Source: an uncultured Anaerolineaceae bacterium (GTDB lineage: Bacteria > Chloroflexota > Limnocylindria > Limnocylindrales > CSP1-4). From it: a stretch of 64,000 nt of DNA. The notes under the pieces were generated by a model. That model was not told the origin of the DNA and did no database searches. It saw only the letters and a list, made by a program, of their open reading frames with translations. Location: NCBI GenBank assembly GCA_964475245.1, contig CAYYVV010000008.1:14078-78077 (forward strand). The letters run 5' to 3'. The stretch's first letter is position 1. The number at the start of each line of letters is the position of its first letter. Both the position numbers and the translations under genes were made by a program. This document shows, piece by piece, positions 43,095 to 54,174 of the stretch.

Positions 43095-44324
43095 TCAGGC
43101 AGACGCCGGTGTCAGATTGCCCTTCGCGCTCGCCGAGGCGCTCAGCGCCTGGTCGAAGTCGGCCAGCAGGTCGTCCGCGTCCTCGAGGCCGACCGACACG
43201 CGGATGAGGCCCTGCGGTATGCCCGCGGCCGCCAGCGCAGCCGCGTCCAGCTGGCGGTGCGTCGTGGACGCAGGATGGACCGCGATCGTGCGCACGCTGC
43301 CCAGCGACGCCGTCCGCGGCGGTAGCGTCAGAGCGTCGAGCAACACCTCTGCCGAGCGGCGGTCGCCGACGTCGAAACAGAGCATGCCACCGCCGGAGCG
43401 CAACAGGCGCTGCGCGACGACGAACTGGGGATGACTGTCGAGGCCCGGGTACCAGACCGCGTTCGCCATTCCGGACGACTCGATCCGGCGCGCGAGCGCG
43501 AGCGCGGTCTGCGCGTGGCGGTCCATGCGCACATGGAGCGTCTCCAGGCCGCGCAGGACGAGGAACGCACTGAACGGTGCCAGCCCGCCGCCCGTGTCGA
43601 TCTGCGTCCTGCGCACCTCGGCGATGAGCTCGCGCCGGCCGGCCACGGATCCGCCCAGGACGTCGGAGTGGCCCCCGATCCACTTGGTGAGCGCTTCGAC
43701 CACCAGGTCGGCGCCCAGCTCGGCCGGCCGGCAGACGTACGGCGAGGCGAACGTGTTGTCGACGCTGACCAGCGCGCCGCGGCGATGGCCGAGCTCGACC
43801 AGCGCCGGTATGTCGGCCACGGTCAGCGTCGGATTGGCGATCGTCTCGAAATGCAGCAATCGTGTGCGCGGCGTGAACGCCGCCTCGACCGCGGCGAGGT
43901 CAGCGATGTCGACGAAGGTCGTCTCGACCCCGAAGCGGCGCAGGACGCTGTCGAGCAGATGCTGAACGCTGCCGTAGATCTGGCGCGAGACGACCACGTG
44001 ATCGCCGGCACGGAGCACGGACACGAACGTGGCGTGGATGGCGGCCATGCCCGTCGCGAAGACGTACGCCGCATCGGTACCTTCGACCTCGGCGATCGCG
44101 TCGGCGAGCGCCTGTGACGTTGGGTTGTCGACGCGCGAGTACGAGTAGCCGGGCTTGCGGTCGGCGAGAACGTCGGCGAGCTCGGCTGCAGACTCCGCGC
44201 TGAACGTGACCGCCTGGTAGATCGGGACCGCGTCGGGCTGCTGGTCGACGGCAGGTGTGCGCGTCGCCGCTGCGAGCGCGCGCGTGCCGAACCCGGCTCC
44301 GGCCCTGGGACGGGTGTCGCTCAC
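43095..44324 (-). CDS. Cys/Met-metabolism PLP-dependent enzyme (cystathionine gamma-synthase / O-acylhomoserine sulfhydrylase / gamma-lyase family)
   Basis: PLP-lysine context ALTKWIGGHSDVLGG, plus YSRVDNPT and DNTFASP motifs. Confidence 0.85.
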   Translation of the reverse strand: MSDTRPRAGAGFGTRALAAATRTPAVDQQPDAVPIYQAVTFSAESAAELADVLADRKPGYSYSRVDNPTSQALADAIAEVEGTDAAYVFATGMAAIHATFVSVLRAGDHVVVSRQIYGSVQHLLDSVLRRFGVETTFVDIADLAAVEAAFTPRTRLLHFETIANPTLTVADIPALVELGHRRGALVSVDNTFASPYVCRPAELGADLVVEALTKWIGGHSDVLGGSVAGRRELIAEVRRTQIDTGGGLAPFSAFLVLRGLETLHVRMDRHAQTALALARRIESSGMANAVWYPGLDSHPQFVVAQRLLRSGGGMLCFDVGDRRSAEVLLDALTLPPRTASLGSVRTIAVHPASTTHRQLDAAALAAAGIPQGLIRVSVGLEDADDLLADFDQALSASASAKGNLTPASA

Positions 44325-44389
44325 GGGCGGATGCTACATGCCGCTCCTGTGAAATCGGCACCCGGCGTCCGCCGCGCACAGACCTGCGG

Positions 44390-45910
44390 CTAGCGCGTCT
44401 CCCACGGTGGCGGTCCGGGCGACGCAGGCGGAATGCCGAAACCTGACGGCTCGGCCGGGCGCGTCGAATCGATCGCCGCCGAGCTTGGCTGAGCGGCGGG
44501 ATAGGGGGCCGGCGCGATAGTGGTCAACTGCTCTGTGGCGACTTCGTGAGCCGTGCCCGGCCCAACGGCCGCGCCGGCGCTCGTGATGGGATAGCGATGC
44601 GCCGATCGACCCAGGAGGCTTGACGGGTTCGGCGACGAAGGCGGATTGACCACGGCCGGCGGAGAGCTGGGCGCGGGCGTCTCGCGCGCGAAGCGAACGA
44701 TCTGATCGCGCCCGCGCCGTTTCGCCTCGTACATGGCCAGGTCCGCGCGGCGCAGCAACTCGGCCGACGATCGTCCGTCGTGAGGGAAGGTGACGATGCC
44801 GAGCGAGGCCGATGTGCGGATGATCGCGCCGTTGTGTGGCAGCGCGATGCGCGAGATGTCGACGCGCACCTTCTCAGCGACGAGGATCGCCCCGGCCAGT
44901 TCGGTCTCGGGCAGCATGAGCACGAACTCGTCGCCACCGTAGCGCGCCGCCACGTCCGTCACGCGAATGTCGCCGCGCAGCACATCGGCGACGGCGCGCA
45001 GGAGGTTGTCGCCCCAGTCGTGACCGAATCGATCATTGGCCGCCTTGAGCCCGTCGAGATCCATCATCGCCACGGCGAACGGCCGGCCCGAGCGCGCGGC
45101 GCGCAGGATCTCCTGTTCGAGCTCGGTCGTGAAGTAGTCGCGGCTGTGCAGGCCGGTCAGCGAGTCGTGGCGCGACAACCGGAGCGCCTCATCGCGCGCG
45201 CGGCGCTGCTCGCGGCCGATGACCGACGCGACGTACATGATCAGCGCGATCGCGATCAGGTTGAACGCGACCTGGCCCAGTCCGACCTCCGTCAGCGGCG
45301 CGTTGCCCGCATCCAGGAGAACGGCACCGACGTACGCCAGGCTCGAGATGACCGCGAGCACGGCGGCGCCGATGTCCGAGGCTGACATTGCCGCGGCCCC
45401 AACGAGCAGGATGTAGCCGAAGAAGTACGGGCTGTCGTGGCCGCCGGTCATGGCGATGAGCAGCGTCACGAAGACGAGCACGATCACCGCCTCGACCGGC
45501 AAGCGCCAGCGGCCGAGGGCTGACGCGGGCAGGACATCCTGGAAGAGCTCGATCAGGATCAGCCCGAAAGCGAGCAGGACGATCACTGCCGTCATGTCAC
45601 CTGAGCTGGACAGCACGGCAAGGACCATGGCCGAGCCGATGAACATGAAGCTGACGACGCGCGACATGCGCTGGTACAGCGCGGCCGGCAGAACGTTGGA
45701 CGTGCCGATCATCTCCCGCTGCCTGGTCTTCGGTTGAAGATCGGGGCCTTCGGTGCCGGTGGCCCTACCGTTGGCTCTCGAGCCGCCGTTACCAGGATCG
45801 ATGGCAATGCCAAATCGCTGGCCAAGGCGCGGCAGCTGGAGCGCGATGAGCAGCACCAGGTTGGCCGCAAGCACGAGGGCGAACAGAAGGGCTAGCTGAT
45901 CGATGCGCAC
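44390..45910 (-). CDS. Membrane-bound diguanylate cyclase (intact GGDEF with RxxD I-site)
   Basis: About 6 TM helices followed by LTGLHSRDYF...MDLDGLKAANDRFGH...RVTDVAARYGGDEFVLML. Confidence 0.8.
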   Translation of the reverse strand: MRIDQLALLFALVLAANLVLLIALQLPRLGQRFGIAIDPGNGGSRANGRATGTEGPDLQPKTRQREMIGTSNVLPAALYQRMSRVVSFMFIGSAMVLAVLSSSGDMTAVIVLLAFGLILIELFQDVLPASALGRWRLPVEAVIVLVFVTLLIAMTGGHDSPYFFGYILLVGAAAMSASDIGAAVLAVISSLAYVGAVLLDAGNAPLTEVGLGQVAFNLIAIALIMYVASVIGREQRRARDEALRLSRHDSLTGLHSRDYFTTELEQEILRAARSGRPFAVAMMDLDGLKAANDRFGHDWGDNLLRAVADVLRGDIRVTDVAARYGGDEFVLMLPETELAGAILVAEKVRVDISRIALPHNGAIIRTSASLGIVTFPHDGRSSAELLRRADLAMYEAKRRGRDQIVRFARETPAPSSPPAVVNPPSSPNPSSLLGRSAHRYPITSAGAAVGPGTAHEVATEQLTTIAPAPYPAAQPSSAAIDSTRPAEPSGFGIPPASPGPPPWETR

Positions 45911-46038
45911 CTGAGCGGAAGGGACGCCCGGTTCGCGCAGGGCGGGCGCTTCCCTGTATCTGGACTAGTGCGATCGTACTGCCCGGCGGCGGCTAAAAGT
46001 ACTACTCCAAGGTGGAATCGCGTTGCGCCGGGTCCACA

Positions 46039-47259
46039 CTAATCGGCCGCACGCTTGGCTTCCTGCGGAATGCTGCGGTGAATGATCGGGTCGAGCGCGA
46101 GACCCTGGACGACCAGCGAGAAGAGGATTATTCCGAACGCGATCTCGACCAGCAGCGCCCGCTGCGGGATATCGGGTGGCAGCGATAGCGCCAGTGCGAC
46201 TGACACGGCGCCACGCATGCCGGCGGCGATCATCACGTTCAGCCAGCCCGCCGGGAACCGGTGCTCGGGCGCCCGCAGGAGCCGGTTGGCGGGCCCGACC
46301 ACGCCGTAGAACAGGAGCGCCCGCGCCCCGACGACGGCGATGATTCCCCACACGATCGGGACGAGTGCCGTCCCAAGAGCGCCAATGTCGATGGCCAGCC
46401 CGACGAGCACGAAGAGCAGTGCCGTGAGCAGAAACGCTGCGAACTCCCAGACCGTCTCGACTGCCTCCTGGGCGCGCTCGGTCATCGCGCCACGCCGCGC
46501 GAGGATGCCGAAGGTGATCGCCGCGACGACCGTGGCGATGATGCCTGACGCGTGCCACGAGTCGGCGAGGATGTACGTGCCGTAGGCAAGGACGAGCGTG
46601 ATCGAGAGCTCGATCAGGTGATCGTCGGTCAGGTTCACGACGCGCCCGGCAACGATGCCGGCAACGACGCCGATGAGCGCACTGACGACGACGGTCACGA
46701 CCAGGGCAACGGCGGCGCCAGTCAGGGTCTGCCCTCCGGCAAGCGCCGCCAGCGCGACCGTGAACACAACGATGGCCGTGCCGTCGTTGAACACGCTCTC
46801 GGCCTCGATCAACGTCGAGAGCCGCTCCGGAGCGCGCAACCTCTTGATCGTCGCGATCACTGCCGCCGGGTCAGTCGCCGCGAGCATCGCGCCGACGAGA
46901 AAGCCGAGCTCGTGGGGCACGCCGGCTGCCAGCGACAGCACTCCGGCGACGATGACGGCGGTGATCAGCACTCCGGGCACGGCCAGGAATGCGATCGCTC
47001 CCCAGCTGTTGCGCAGCTCATCGATGTCGAGCCGGTAGCCGCTCTCGAATACGAGGCCAGGCAGGAAGACGGTCAGGATCACCTCGGGCGGCACCTGCGC
47101 ATGCAGCCCGGGAGCGACCACGACGCCGCCCAGGCCGACGACGACAAGGAGCACCGTGTAGGGCACGCCGATGCGCCGGAAGACGAGCCCGGCGGCCGTC
47201 GCGATGGCAACCAGGACGACGAAAAGTTCGACCAGCCCGGTCGTCGAGTCGAGGCTCAC
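46039..47259 (-). CDS. Cation:proton antiporter (CPA1/NhaP-type Na+/H+ exchanger)
   Basis: About 11-12 TM helices and an ATDPAAV motif typical of the Na_H_Exchanger family. Confidence 0.8.
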   Translation of the reverse strand: MSLDSTTGLVELFVVLVAIATAAGLVFRRIGVPYTVLLVVVGLGGVVVAPGLHAQVPPEVILTVFLPGLVFESGYRLDIDELRNSWGAIAFLAVPGVLITAVIVAGVLSLAAGVPHELGFLVGAMLAATDPAAVIATIKRLRAPERLSTLIEAESVFNDGTAIVVFTVALAALAGGQTLTGAAVALVVTVVVSALIGVVAGIVAGRVVNLTDDHLIELSITLVLAYGTYILADSWHASGIIATVVAAITFGILARRGAMTERAQEAVETVWEFAAFLLTALLFVLVGLAIDIGALGTALVPIVWGIIAVVGARALLFYGVVGPANRLLRAPEHRFPAGWLNVMIAAGMRGAVSVALALSLPPDIPQRALLVEIAFGIILFSLVVQGLALDPIIHRSIPQEAKRAAD

Positions 47260-47331
47260 GTGGTCAGCCTATCCCGGCCGCTCGCGCTTTTGAGCCATGA
47301 CTGACGAGCGTTCGGCCGCTACCCTCCGCGG

Positions 47332-48687
47332 ATGGCTGACGTCTACGACTTCGTGATCATCGGCGCGGGGGCGGCAGGCGAAGCGGCGGCGCAGCTCGCG
47401 GTCAGTCGGGGCGCATCTGTCGCGATCGTCGATCGGGAGCTGTTCGGCGGCTCATGCGCCTTCTGGGCCTGCATGCCGTCGAAGTCGCTGCTGCACGACG
47501 CCGGCATCCACGTGCTCGACGAGGACCATTCGTGGCGCCAGGCTTCTGACCGGCGCGACTGGATGATCAACCGGGAGCACATCGACTGGCCCGATGATTC
47601 GAGCCACGTCAAATCCCTCGCCGACGCCGGCGCGAACGTCATCCGCGGCACTGCGCGCATCGAGGCTCCGGGACGAGTCGCCGTCAGTACGGGTGCCGGC
47701 GAGGAGCCGCGCGTTCTCGCGGCGCGCAACATCGTCGTTGCCATCGGCAGCAACTCGACCGTGCCGCCCATCCCGGGCCTGGCCGACGCCCAGCCATGGA
47801 CCAATCGCGAGGGCACGTCGACGCGCGAGCTGCCGCGCAGCCTCGTAGTCCTGGGCGGCGGCCCGACGGGCATCGAGCTTGCCCAGGTCTATGCGCGCTT
47901 CGGTGTTGCCGTCTCTGTCGTCCATTCGCACGAGCGGCTCAACCAGCGCGATCACCCGCGCAACTCCGCCGCCATCCGCTTCGCGCTCGAGCGGGACGGG
48001 GTCAAGGTCTACGCCCCGGTGCGCGCGGAGCGTGTCGTGGCGAGCACGGGCGACGCCGATCACGAGGTCGTGCTCGGCGACGGGACCTCAGTGCGCGGCC
48101 AGCACCTCATGCTTTCGGTCGGCCGCTCCGTGCCAGTCGACGGCCTGGGCCTGGAGAACGTCGGCGTCACGCTGCGCGACGGAAGGCTGCCGGGCGACGG
48201 AACGTTGCGCCTGGCCGATGGCGTGTGGGTCGCCGGCGATCCGGCCGGTCCCGAGATGCACACTCATCTCGCGCACTACCAGGGCGAGATGGTCGTGCGC
48301 ATGGCGCTCGGCGACGAGGTGCAGCCGGATTACCGGGCAATTCCACGTGCCGTTTACACCGATCCGGAGACCGGCGGCGTGGGCCTGACCGTCGACGAGG
48401 CACGCGCCGCCGGCATTGATGCCGTCGAGTTCAGCGCGGACCTGGCCAAGACGGCCAAGGGCTTTGTTGCCGACACGACCGGGCACGTGACGATCGTCGT
48501 CGACAAGGGCAAGCGCGAGCTCGTCGGCGCTTTCATGGCCGGGCCGGGCGCGTCCGAGGCGATCCACGAGGCAGTGCTGGCGATCAAGACGCGCACGCCG
48601 ATCGACGTCCTGGCCGACACGATCCATGCCTTCCCGACCGTTGCCCGTGTCCTTGGCACCGTCCTGGTCGAGGCTGCCCGGGCCTGA
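47332..48687 (+). CDS. Class I pyridine nucleotide-disulfide oxidoreductase (dihydrolipoamide dehydrogenase / mercuric-reductase-like)
   Basis: FAD motif VIIGAGAAG, redox-active disulfide [16 protein letters not shown] motif VVLGGGPTG, and a C-terminal dimerisation domain carrying HAFPT. Confidence 0.85.
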   Translation: MADVYDFVIIGAGAAGEAAAQLAVSRGASVAIVDRELFGGSCAFWACMPSKSLLHDAGIHVLDEDHSWRQASDRRDWMINREHIDWPDDSSHVKSLADAGANVIRGTARIEAPGRVAVSTGAGEEPRVLAARNIVVAIGSNSTVPPIPGLADAQPWTNREGTSTRELPRSLVVLGGGPTGIELAQVYARFGVAVSVVHSHERLNQRDHPRNSAAIRFALERDGVKVYAPVRAERVVASTGDADHEVVLGDGTSVRGQHLMLSVGRSVPVDGLGLENVGVTLRDGRLPGDGTLRLADGVWVAGDPAGPEMHTHLAHYQGEMVVRMALGDEVQPDYRAIPRAVYTDPETGGVGLTVDEARAAGIDAVEFSADLAKTAKGFVADTTGHVTIVVDKGKRELVGAFMAGPGASEAIHEAVLAIKTRTPIDVLADTIHAFPTVARVLGTVLVEAARA

Positions 48688-48752
48688 CGGCCCACTCACT
48701 CGGGCATGTCGGCACTGCCGAATACACGGCCGCGGCCCGAGGCTGGGTCCAA

Positions 48753-51551
48753 ATGACAGCTTCGACCTACAGTGAACAGCAGATGACCACAACCGAACGA
48801 TCACCGTCGGGCCCGCCCGACCGAGCATCCGACTTCCTGCGCGCGACGGGCAGCCCGCTCGACGCGATCTTCCAACCCCGCTCAGTGGCCGTCATCGGCG
48901 CGACCGAGAAGAAGGGCAGCGTCGGCCGGACTGTGCTCTGGAACCTGATCAGCAGCCCCTTCGGCGGCACGGTGCTGCCCATCAACCCAAAGCGCGACAA
49001 CGTCCTTGGCGTACGCGCCTACCCGAGCCTGGCCGCGACGGGCACTCCGATCGACCTCGCCGTCATCGTCACGCCACCGCCGTCGGTGCCCGGGCTGATG
49101 GAGGAATGCGCCGCCGCCGGCGTGCGTGGCGCGATCATCATCAGTGCCGGTTTCCGCGAGACGGGGCCGGAGGGCGCGGCGCTCGAGCAGCGCGTCGTCC
49201 AGATCGCCCGCCAGGCCGGCATCCGCGTCATCGGCCCCAACTGCCTGGGCGTCATGAACCCCGTCCACGGCCTGAACGCCACCTTCGCCTCGGGCATGGC
49301 CGCCGCGGGATCGGTTGGCTTTGTCTCCCAGTCGGGCGCACTCCTGACCGCGGTGCTCGACTGGAGCGCCGAGGAGGGCGTCGGCTTCTCCAACGTCGTC
49401 TCGCTCGGCTCGATGGCCGATGTCGGTTGGGGCGACGTCATCTACTACCTGGGCGATGACCCGCACACGAGCTCGATCCTGATCTACATGGAGACCATTG
49501 GCGATGCCCGCGGCTTCCTGTCCGCCGCGCGCGAGGTCGCGCTGACCAAGCCGATCGTGGTCATCAAGCCCGGACGCACTGCCGAAGCCTCGCGCGCGGC
49601 GGCCTCCCACACCGGTTCACTGACCGGCTCGGACGAGGTCCTCGACGCTGCCTTCCGCCGCGTCGGCGTCCTGCGTGTGGATCGCATCAGCGACCTGTTC
49701 GGCATTGCCGACGTGCTCGCCAAGCAGCCGCGACCGGCCGGGCCGAACCTGACCATCGTCACCAACGCGGGCGGCCCGGCCGTGATCGCCACCGACGCGC
49801 TCGTCGGCGGCGGTGGCAAGCTGACCGAGCTCTCGGCGAGCGCGATCGAGCGCTACAACGAAGTCCTGCCGTCGGTCTGGAGCCACAACAACCCGGTCGA
49901 CATCATCGGCGACGCGGAGCCCGCGCGGTATGCGCAGGCACTCGAGATCGCGGCCGCCGACCCGGCCGCGGACGGGATGCTCGTCATCCTGACGCCGCAG
50001 GCGATGACCGATCCGACCGAGACGGCGCGCGCCCTGACCCCCTACGCGCGGATCAAGGGCAAGCCCGTGCTCGCATCGTGGATGGGCGGCAGGGACGTGG
50101 CCGAGGGCGCCGCGCTGCTGCGCCATGCGGGCATTCCGGCATTCGACTACCCGGATACAGCCGCGCGCATGTTCAACTACCTGTGGCACTCGTCGCAGGC
50201 CGTCCATGCGCTGTACGAGACACCGACGCTGGCGGTTGACGAGGACTGCGACTGCGACCGTGCCGCGGCCGTGGCGATCATCGACGAGGTCCTGGCCGAC
50301 GGTCGCACGATCCTGACCGAGGACGAGTCGAAGGACGTCCTTGCCGCGTACGGGATTCCGATCACCCAGACCGTCGTCGCCGCAACTGCCGATGACGCCG
50401 TCGCGGCCGCCGACAAGATCGGCTATCCGGTCGTGGTCAAGCTCTACAGCCTGACTATCACGCACAAGACAGACGTCGGTGGCGTGCACTTGAACCTGAC
50501 CGACGCCGACGGCGTGCACGATGCCTTCGAGCAGATCCGCGTGTCGGTCACGGACAAGCGCGGCGCCGAGCACTTCAACGGCGTGACCGTGCAGCCGATG
50601 ATCAACTACACGGGCTACGAGCTGATCCTGGGCTCGTCGACCGATCCCCAGTTCGGCCCCGTACTGCTCTTCGGCTCAGGTGGCCAGCTGGTCGAGATCA
50701 TCAAGGATCGCGCCCTCGGGCTGCCGCCGCTCAACACGACGCTCGCCCGGCGGATGATCGAGCGCACCACGATCTCGAAGGCCTTTGCCGGCGTCCGCGG
50801 GCGACGGCCAATCGATACCGCCGCACTCGAGGAGCTGCTGGTGCGCTTCTCGCTCCTCGTCGCCGAGCAGAGGCGAATATCCGAGATCGACATCAACCCG
50901 CTGCTCGCTTCGCCCGAGAGGCTCGTCGCGCTCGACGCGCGCATCGTGCTCCACCCAGCGACGATCAAGGACGAGGACCTGCCGCGGCTCGCCATCCGGC
51001 CCTATCCGCTGCGCTACGTCGCGCCGTGGACGGCCAAGGACGGATCAGCGTTCACGATCCGGCCCATCCGGCCCGAGGACGAGCCGCTGCTCGTGCGCTT
51101 CCACGAGATGCTCACCGCCGAAACCGTGTATGCCCGCTACCTGGGCTACATGGGCCTCTCGACACGTACCGCGCACGAGCGCCTGACGCGCGTCACGTTC
51201 AACGACTACGACCGCGAGATCGCGCTCGTCGCCGAAGACCGTGACGAGCAGGGCGAGCCGCGCATCGTCGCCGTCGGGCGCCTGTCGAAGTCGCATGCGC
51301 TACCGGATGCCGAATTCGCGCTCCTCGTCGCAGATGCGTGGCAGGGCCGCGGCCTGGGCACGGAGCTGCTCAAGCGCCTGGTCAAGATCGGATGCGACGA
51401 GAAGCTCGAGCTGATCTGGGCCGAGATGCTCGTGACCAACGAGGCGATGCGGCGCACGGCGATCGACGCGGGCTTCACGATCAGCGCAACCGACGGAACG
51501 ACGATGCGCGCCGAGCTCCGCCCTGACGAGGTCACGCCGGCAGAGCACTGA
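48753..51551 (+). CDS. Pat-type protein acetyltransferase: NDP-forming acyl-CoA synthetase-like domains fused to a C-terminal GNAT
   Basis: 932 aa. CoA-binding region ([18 protein letters not shown]), a succinyl-CoA-synthetase-like flavodoxin region, an ATP-grasp, then GNAT motif A ([14 protein letters not shown]). Confidence 0.85.
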   Translation: MTASTYSEQQMTTTERSPSGPPDRASDFLRATGSPLDAIFQPRSVAVIGATEKKGSVGRTVLWNLISSPFGGTVLPINPKRDNVLGVRAYPSLAATGTPIDLAVIVTPPPSVPGLMEECAAAGVRGAIIISAGFRETGPEGAALEQRVVQIARQAGIRVIGPNCLGVMNPVHGLNATFASGMAAAGSVGFVSQSGALLTAVLDWSAEEGVGFSNVVSLGSMADVGWGDVIYYLGDDPHTSSILIYMETIGDARGFLSAAREVALTKPIVVIKPGRTAEASRAAASHTGSLTGSDEVLDAAFRRVGVLRVDRISDLFGIADVLAKQPRPAGPNLTIVTNAGGPAVIATDALVGGGGKLTELSASAIERYNEVLPSVWSHNNPVDIIGDAEPARYAQALEIAAADPAADGMLVILTPQAMTDPTETARALTPYARIKGKPVLASWMGGRDVAEGAALLRHAGIPAFDYPDTAARMFNYLWHSSQAVHALYETPTLAVDEDCDCDRAAAVAIIDEVLADGRTILTEDESKDVLAAYGIPITQTVVAATADDAVAAADKIGYPVVVKLYSLTITHKTDVGGVHLNLTDADGVHDAFEQIRVSVTDKRGAEHFNGVTVQPMINYTGYELILGSSTDPQFGPVLLFGSGGQLVEIIKDRALGLPPLNTTLARRMIERTTISKAFAGVRGRRPIDTAALEELLVRFSLLVAEQRRISEIDINPLLASPERLVALDARIVLHPATIKDEDLPRLAIRPYPLRYVAPWTAKDGSAFTIRPIRPEDEPLLVRFHEMLTAETVYARYLGYMGLSTRTAHERLTRVTFNDYDREIALVAEDRDEQGEPRIVAVGRLSKSHALPDAEFALLVADAWQGRGLGTELLKRLVKIGCDEKLELIWAEMLVTNEAMRRTAIDAGFTISATDGTTMRAELRPDEVTPAEH

Positions 51552-51626
51552 TCCCGTTTTCGGAAGTGATCTCCTAAGCCGCCTCCTGCTATTGACGACG
51601 GCGGCGCGGGCGGCCATCGTGAGGCG

Positions 51627-52130
51627 ATGACGGCGTCAGTTCCAGGGAGTAGTCAGCAGCCGGCTCGGCTGGCGGCCGCCGTAGGCATGTTCGTCATGGT
51701 CGGCGGTCTTGCAGTGCTGCGGGATCAGGGCCGCGTTACCGCTGACTACGTGCGGAGTCTGCACCTGCCTGGTACGCCTGCGCCTGACGCCTCGGCGCTG
51801 GACGGCCTGGTCGCTGCGACCACCGCTGAAGCGCTGGTCGCACTCGCAATCGCCATCGCGTTGCTGCTATTTGGTGGCCGCGTTGTCTTCGCCATGGCTG
51901 CGATTTTGTCAGCGTTCGCGCTGGGAACGACGATTTTCACGATCGCGACAAACGCGGAGCTCCAGGCAATTCGCGTTGGGCCACTGCAACTGAGTCCGGC
52001 TACTACGGCAGTGGTTATCTCCACCGCGGTGCTCGCCTCGATCGGTGCAGCTGCGCTCGGCTGGCACGGTGCTCCGCCTGAATCGCGCGTGCAGATTCCC
52101 CACATGCCGCCGCCAACGCACCAAGACTGA
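51627..52130 (+). CDS. Hypothetical 4-TM membrane protein
   Basis: Hydrophobic helices throughout. No family recognised. Confidence 0.4.
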   Translation: MTASVPGSSQQPARLAAAVGMFVMVGGLAVLRDQGRVTADYVRSLHLPGTPAPDASALDGLVAATTAEALVALAIAIALLLFGGRVVFAMAAILSAFALGTTIFTIATNAELQAIRVGPLQLSPATTAVVISTAVLASIGAAALGWHGAPPESRVQIPHMPPPTHQD

Positions 52131-52262
52131 CCCAGTACCGGGCCGTCAAGGCCTGGCACGAAACACGAAACCTTGCGCGGCTCGAGCGGTTAGCCGGCGC
52201 CGCGCGACGGTGGCACCTGATCTTGTGACTTCCGGCCCGCCGAGTTAGCGCCGTCCGCCACG

Positions 52263-52280
52263 TATGCGCGCATGCGCATA
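52263..52280. promoter_or_regulatory. Candidate ArsR-type operator (7-4-7 inverted repeat)
   Basis: TATGCGC-GCAT-GCGCATA. Its last base is the A of the predicted arsR ATG. Confidence 0.35.
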
Positions 52281-52642
52281 TGCCGAAGACTGAAGGCGTG
52301 GAACAGATCTACGAACTCCAGGCAAGCGTGCTGCGCATGCTCGCCAACCCGCGTCGCCTGGAAATGATTCACGTGCTGGCAGACGGCCCGATGGAAGTCG
52401 GCCGCATCGCCCAGCGCCTTGGGATCAGCCAGCCCAACGCAAGCCAGCACCTGGCGCTGCTGCGCCAGGCGGGCCTGGTCGAGATCGAACGAAATGGACG
52501 CGAGGTCCGGTATCAGCTGACGGATCCGCAGGTCATCGCGGCCTGCTCAATCATGCGCGGCTTCCTCCAGCGCCGGATCGACCGTCTGTCAACCGTCACC
52601 GTCACCGCCGATGAGCGGGTGCCGGCAGGAGTAGAAGCATGA
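52280..52642 (+). CDS. ArsR/SmtB-family transcriptional regulator
   Basis: LRMLANPRRLEMIHVLADGPMEVGRIAQRLGISQPNASQHLALLRQAGLV is the canonical ArsR wHTH. There is a single Cys (AACSIM). Confidence 0.85.
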   Translation: MPKTEGVEQIYELQASVLRMLANPRRLEMIHVLADGPMEVGRIAQRLGISQPNASQHLALLRQAGLVEIERNGREVRYQLTDPQVIAACSIMRGFLQRRIDRLSTVTVTADERVPAGVEA

Positions 52643-53064
52643 GCGACGAAGAAGAACAGCCGATCAACCTCGTCCTGTTTTCCGGCACGGACGACAAGCT
52701 CCAGGCGGCCGCGGTGTTGACTGCGGGTGCCGCGGCGCTGGGCAAGCCGGTCCATATCTTTCTGCAGTACTGGGCGCTCGACGCCTTCCGCGCCGACCGC
52801 ATCGACAAGCCGCTGCCGCTCGCGCCCGAGGCAGGCGAAGCAGGACAGCAAGCCGTCGACCGCATGCGCGTCGCAGGCCAGCAGTCCTGGTCGCAAACGC
52901 TGCGCGTCGCCAAGGAGCTCGGCGAGGTCGACATCCAGGCCTGCTCGCTGTCAATGGACGTCCTGGGCATCTCATCCGACGAGCTCGACCCACTCGTCGA
53001 CGGCGTCGAGGGCGTAGCGGCGTTCTACGTCAACGCCGGCACCGGCCAAGTCGTCTTCATCTAA
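52639..53064 (+). CDS. DsrE/DsrF/DrsH-like sulfur-relay protein (paralog 1)
   Basis: INLVLFSGTDDKLQAAAVLTAGAAALGKPVHIFLQYWAL plus a conserved Cys context IQACSLSMDVLG. The ATG overlaps the arsR stop (ATGA). Confidence 0.7.
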   Translation: MSDEEEQPINLVLFSGTDDKLQAAAVLTAGAAALGKPVHIFLQYWALDAFRADRIDKPLPLAPEAGEAGQQAVDRMRVAGQQSWSQTLRVAKELGEVDIQACSLSMDVLGISSDELDPLVDGVEGVAAFYVNAGTGQVVFI

Positions 53065-53085
53065 AGACAAGAGAAAGGAGAACGA

Positions 53086-53313
53086 ATGGCTTCGACAACG
53101 ATCCTCGATGCGCGCGGGCTCAAGTGCCCGATGCCCATCGTCAAGACGGCACAGCAGATCAAGGCCGTCACGCGGGGGGACCTGCTCGAGGTCCTGTCCA
53201 CCGACCCGGGGTCGGTCGCCGACTTCGCGGCATGGAGCCGAAGCACCGGCAATGAGCTGGTTGGCCAGAGCGTCGAGGACGGCGTCTACCACTTCGTCCT
53301 GCGCAGGAAGTGA
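53086..53313 (+). CDS. tusA: TusA/SirA-family sulfurtransferase (paralog 1)
   Basis: LDARGLKCPMPIVK contains the active-site CPxP motif. 75 aa. Confidence 0.85.
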   Translation: MASTTILDARGLKCPMPIVKTAQQIKAVTRGDLLEVLSTDPGSVADFAAWSRSTGNELVGQSVEDGVYHFVLRRK

Positions 53314-53324
53314 GAGTCCACGAG

Positions 53325-53888
53325 ATGACCGCAACCACAGAGCGTCCAGCCGTCGCTGGGACTCCCATCCCGACCGAGTTCGCCGAGGCTTTCTCGGAGG
53401 CCGAGCCGACCACCAAGCAGCTCGTGATCATCAACTGGAGCGGCGAGCTCGACAAGATCTGGCCCACCCTGATCATGTCCAGCGCGGCCGCCGCGTCCGG
53501 CTACAAGACCAGCGTGTTCATCACCTTCTGGGGCCTGCTGCCGTTCGTCAAGAACCAGCGCCGCATCGTCGGTGAGAACTGGATGCAGAAGATGCTGACG
53601 CTGATGCAGCGCCCGGGCATCGACCACCTGAAGCTGTCCAAGATGAACTTCCTGGGCATGGGCCCGTGGATGATCGGCAGCCTGTCCAAGAAGTACAACG
53701 TCGCCAAGCCCGCTGAGCTGCTCGAGGCATGCCAGGCGCTGGGCGTCGAGTTCATCCCGTGCCAGATGACGATGGAGATGTTCGGGCTCAAGCGCGAGGA
53801 CATGATCGACGGCCTGGGCGAGCCAGCCGGCGCCGCGACGGTCATCGAGCTGATGACCCAGCCCAACACGGCCAGCCTGTTCATCTAG
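53325..53888 (+). CDS. DsrE/DsrF/DrsH-like sulfur-relay protein (paralog 2, larger)
   Basis: LVIINWSGELDKIWPTLIMSSAAAASGYKTSVFITFWGL plus the Cys context FIPCQMTMEMFG. GTG at 53310 is an alternative start. Confidence 0.7.
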   Translation: MTATTERPAVAGTPIPTEFAEAFSEAEPTTKQLVIINWSGELDKIWPTLIMSSAAAASGYKTSVFITFWGLLPFVKNQRRIVGENWMQKMLTLMQRPGIDHLKLSKMNFLGMGPWMIGSLSKKYNVAKPAELLEACQALGVEFIPCQMTMEMFGLKREDMIDGLGEPAGAATVIELMTQPNTASLFI

Positions 53889-53902
53889 AAAGCGTGATCG
53901 CC

Positions 53903-54154
53903 ATGACACTCGAAACCCCAGCTGTCGTTGCTCGTCGAGTCATCGACGCGCGCGGCTCGTTCTGCCCGGGGCCACTGATGGAGCTCATTCGCGCCATCCG
54001 CGAGTCAGAGGTTGGGACGGTCATCTCCGTCTACTCGTCTGACAAGGGCTCGCGGCTGGACATCCCCAAGTGGGTCGAGAAGGCCGGCCATCGCCTGGTC
54101 GCCCTGGAGGACCGCGGCGGATTCGACGAGATCATCGTCGAGAAGCAGCACTGA
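53903..54154 (+). CDS. TusA/SirA-family sulfurtransferase (paralog 2)
   Basis: IDARGSFCPGPLMELIRAI contains a CPxP motif. 83 aa. Confidence 0.8.
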   Translation: MTLETPAVVARRVIDARGSFCPGPLMELIRAIRESEVGTVISVYSSDKGSRLDIPKWVEKAGHRLVALEDRGGFDEIIVEKQH

Positions 54155-54174
54155 CCAGGGACCGAGACGAAGCC

